A DNA stretch of 64,000 bases. It comes from an uncultured delta proteobacterium (GTDB taxonomy: Bacteria > Desulfobacterota > Syntrophia > Syntrophales > UBA2185). This document shows positions 61,239 to 64,000 of this stretch, piece after piece; position 1 is the stretch's first letter, and each line of letters begins with the position of its first letter. Where the stretch lies: NCBI GenBank assembly GCA_963729715.1, contig CAVSPA010000005.1, forward strand, positions 96,001 through 160,000, given 5' to 3'. A program made the translations under genes and the position numbers. The notes beneath the pieces were generated by a model that saw nothing but the letters and a program-made list of their open reading frames with translations, had not been told where the DNA came from and did not search any database.

Positions 61239-62977
61239 GAGACTGTATCATGATAGATTAGGCACTTTGTAACATAAGCGCTCTTTGACAAAAAAATATT
61301 AGGAAATCGTCACGCGCTGTAACATGAAAAGATTTCAGGCGCTGTCAACTCATATCCGTGTCTGCTTTGTGGCATGCACAGTTAGACTTACCCGTCACAT
61401 CACGCGGCAACTGGAACCGTATTCAAGGCTACCAGCTTTTCTCTCAGTACCCCAACTCCAAAGATCGTAATCATGCGTGCAACATTGAAGCAGGTTGCTA
61501 AAAGTGAGGTTTCGGCTTGAACACCATCTCGGCCTCGCAAAAGAAAAGCATCGGTTTTTAAGTTCCGTCGAATATGGCCGAAGGGATGCTCGACTCTGGT
61601 TTTCCTGCGGGCGTAAATCTTCTGAGATGATTCCTCCTCATACTGAGCTTCCAGTTTTATCTTTACGTCCTCATTGCGCAACCGGATAACATTACGGCCA
61701 CTACGGGCTTTGGTACAATGACCATAATGCCGACAGTGATGGCACAACTTCTTATCTTCCATCCGATATTGCCGCTTGCCTTTTCTCTTATTGGTAAAAC
61801 TATAAAGCAATCTGTGTCCTTCCGGGCATATATAGCAATCCATCTCTTTATCATAGGTAAAATGGCTCTTGCTGAATGGACTTTCTGCCTCGTGTAATGC
61901 TTGCCGCTGTGATGGAACAATAACCTTTATCTCCTGTTGATCAATCTTCTCCAATTCAACGGTATCCCTATATCCGGCATCGGCGCACGCCACTTTGCAG
62001 GGCGCCTCCAACAGTTCATTGGCCTGATCGATCTGCCGGGCAAACTGCCGTACATCGTTGGCGTCGCTTACCGCTTCTGCCTGAACGATAAGGCCGTGTT
62101 CATCATCCACTACGCTCTGGACATTATAACCGGCATGACTGCCCTGAACACTGTGCATCATGGCGCAATCAGGATCAGTCTGATTGACTTGCTTCCTATC
62201 GCTTGATGCAAAAGATTTAAGGGCCTCCTTGATCCGCTCTTTCAAATTCTGATTCTTAGCCAACTCTTTGTCCATCGCAACCTCAGAGGATGTGCCTTCC
62301 TCTGACTTGTCGGTAGTCTCACAATCGGCGAGCAACTGCTCAATACGGCTGTCAAGGTTAGCCAGAAGCTTTTCATAATAGGTTCGGTCATAAGTGCGAT
62401 TACGTCCGGCATTTGCCCTAATCTTCGTGCCGTCAACAAACAGAACATTACCCGCGATCAGTTCCAGTTTGATGCATACCTGGGCACAGTGTCGTAAAAC
62501 CTTTTTCAACGCTTTCTTGTTCCGGCGCCGGAACTCCGCTATCGTCTTATGGTCAGGTTTCAAACCGCCCATGAGCCAGATAAAGGCTATGTTATGGTAA
62601 CACTCCCTCTCCAGCTTACGGGAACTCTTCACGCCGTACGAATAGCCATATACAAGCAGCTTGAGCATTGACCGGGGATCGTATTCGGCATTGCCTACCT
62701 TGTACGGATTGATATTGATTCCCGGTTCATGGAAATCAACAGCTTCGACAAAGGCGTCATAGGCCCTGACAGGATCATCCTCAGCCACATATTCTTCAAT
62801 GCTCTGGGGAAGTAAACTCATCTGCTGACGATCGCCACTTCGATATGCCATGCTGTTTCTCCTTTCGGAAAAACTCTATCATATCAATGTGGCTTGTGTT
62901 ACAGCTTTTTCTCCTAAACCTAATATCTTTTTGTCAAAGAGCCTGTTTGTAAATTAACCTGATTATGACACAGTCTC
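61239..62977 (-). mobile_element. IS1182-family element inserted in a REP-like hairpin
   Basis: IRs GAGACTGTATCAT and ATGACACAGTCTC; flanks GGATTCCCGATCAA and CACGTCGGGAATGA. Confidence 0.88.
61400..62851 (-). CDS. IS1182 transposase
   Basis: YDPRSMLKLLVYGY, PDHKTIAEFR, DGTKIRANA, TDPD, ADAGY, VEHPFG. Confidence 0.93.
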   Translation of the reverse strand: MAYRSGDRQQMSLLPQSIEEYVAEDDPVRAYDAFVEAVDFHEPGININPYKVGNAEYDPRSMLKLLVYGYSYGVKSSRKLERECYHNIAFIWLMGGLKPDHKTIAEFRRRNKKALKKVLRHCAQVCIKLELIAGNVLFVDGTKIRANAGRNRTYDRTYYEKLLANLDSRIEQLLADCETTDKSEEGTSSEVAMDKELAKNQNLKERIKEALKSFASSDRKQVNQTDPDCAMMHSVQGSHAGYNVQSVVDDEHGLIVQAEAVSDANDVRQFARQIDQANELLEAPCKVACADAGYRDTVELEKIDQQEIKVIVPSQRQALHEAESPFSKSHFTYDKEMDCYICPEGHRLLYSFTNKRKGKRQYRMEDKKLCHHCRHYGHCTKARSGRNVIRLRNEDVKIKLEAQYEEESSQKIYARRKTRVEHPFGHIRRNLKTDAFLLRGRDGVQAETSLLATCFNVARMITIFGVGVLREKLVALNTVPVAA

Positions 62978-63078
62978 CACGTCGGGAATGAAGGACTATT
63001 ATTTAAGGGCAGAAAAAGATTTCTCCCTTCCGTCGAAATGACACCTTAATAATGAAATGATGTACTTAGTATATCCTG

Positions 63079-64000
63079 TCAGCCGCGTTTCCTTCCGTAA
63101 GGAATCCCCAGTTTTTTCATTTTGCTTCTTAGTGTGCTCGGGTTGATGTCGAGGATGGCGGCCGCCCCTCCAGGCCCGTGCACGATGCCGTTTGCCTTTT
63201 GGAGGGCACGCTGTATGTGCAGGGCAGTGGCTTTGTCGAGATTGATTGGTTCAATGGCAAGGCCGGCAAGTTGCTCAGGCGCGCCGACTTCGTCTGCTCC
63301 AGCGAGAAGCCTGAATGTCAGAGGCTCTCCCTTGTTCAGGATCAATTCGCGCTCCACAACGTTTTCCAGCTCCCGGACGTTCCCCGGCCAGTGGTACGTC
63401 ATCAGGCGGTCTATCGCTCCGGGTGAAAGTTCCGGGGCGGCTGGCAGCTTCAGTTGTTTCATTTTCTTATTAATAAAATAATAGACGAGAGACGGAATAT
63501 CCTCTTTTCTTTCCCGCAAGGGCGGCACCCTTATGGGAAATACGTTTATGCGAAACCACAGATCCTCGCGGAACAGCTTTTCCCTGACCATATCCTGAAG
63601 ATTTCTGTGGGTGGCGGCGATGATCCTTATATCTACGGGAATGGCCTTTGTCCCTCCTACACGCTCGATCTCTTTTTCCTGAAGGACGCGGAGCATCCTG
63701 ATCTGGGCATGCGGTGGAAGTTCTCCGATCTCATCAAGAAAAATGGTCCCATGATTCGCGCGCTCGAAGCGTCCGCGCTTCTGTTCGATGGCGCCTGTGA
63801 AGGCTCCCTTCTCATGGCCGAAGAGTTCGCTGTCGATTAAAGTTTCCGGAATAGCGCCGCTGTTGACGGTGATGAAAGGGTCTTTCCTCCGGGGAGAAAG
63901 ATAGTGGATGGCGCTTGCTATGACGCCCTTCCCCGCTCCCGTTTCACCCAGGAGCAGCACAGGACTTTCGAGAGGCGCAACTTTTCTCACCATCTCCATA
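63079..64000 (-). CDS. Sigma-54-dependent transcriptional regulator (5' end off the window)
   Basis: GETGAGK, GAFTGA, FLDEIG, WPGNVREL, C-terminal Fis-type HTH. Confidence 0.93.
   Translation of the reverse strand, partial: MEMVRKVAPLESPVLLLGETGAGKGVIASAIHYLSPRRKDPFITVNSGAIPETLIDSELFGHEKGAFTGAIEQKRGRFERANHGTIFLDEIGELPPHAQIRMLRVLQEKEIERVGGTKAIPVDIRIIAATHRNLQDMVREKLFREDLWFRINVFPIRVPPLRERKEDIPSLVYYFINKKMKQLKLPAAPELSPGAIDRLMTYHWPGNVRELENVVERELILNKGEPLTFRLLAGADEVGAPEQLAGLAIEPINLDKATALHIQRALQKANGIVHGPGGAAAILDINPSTLRSKMKKLGIPYGRKRG

Noticed and set aside
155..63840. Numerous short overlapping or antisense ORFs in the track (e.g. 15375-16298, 33849-34646, 39110-40024, 59259-60014)
   Set aside because: They shadow well-supported genes and show no recognisable motifs.

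Overview
Most of the window (1 to about 54375) is one integrated genomic island. At its left end is a phage/IME-like backbone: tyrosine integrase (running off the left edge), XRE repressor, excisionase-like HTH, a replication initiator with internal iterons, and two paralogous HD-domain proteins. Its right end is a duplicated 3' half of tRNA-Arg(CCT) with adjacent arm-type repeats. The roughly 47 kb of cargo is almost all defence-like: type I R-M with an embedded DUF262/GmrSD-like gene and an M48/YgjP gene; SNF2 helicase + Hsp70/actin-fold ATPase + TPR/propeller/J-domain protein; an OLD-type nuclease split by IS21; an Mre11/Rad50-like YhaO/YhaN pair; two DUF4238 genes; integron-type cassettes (attC and attI-like sites, no intI) carrying HNH, REase+TOPRIM and GIY-YIG genes; an HNH-NACHT protein; and AbiE. 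A TTTAAGA-N12-TCTTAAA palindrome recurs five times between modules. IS110, two IS21, IS256, an IS66 remnant and IS1182 are present. From about 54400 to 64000 the sequence is ordinary host chromosome (acyl-CoA metabolism, transporter, sigma-54 regulator). All family calls come from motif recognition by eye; no searches were run.
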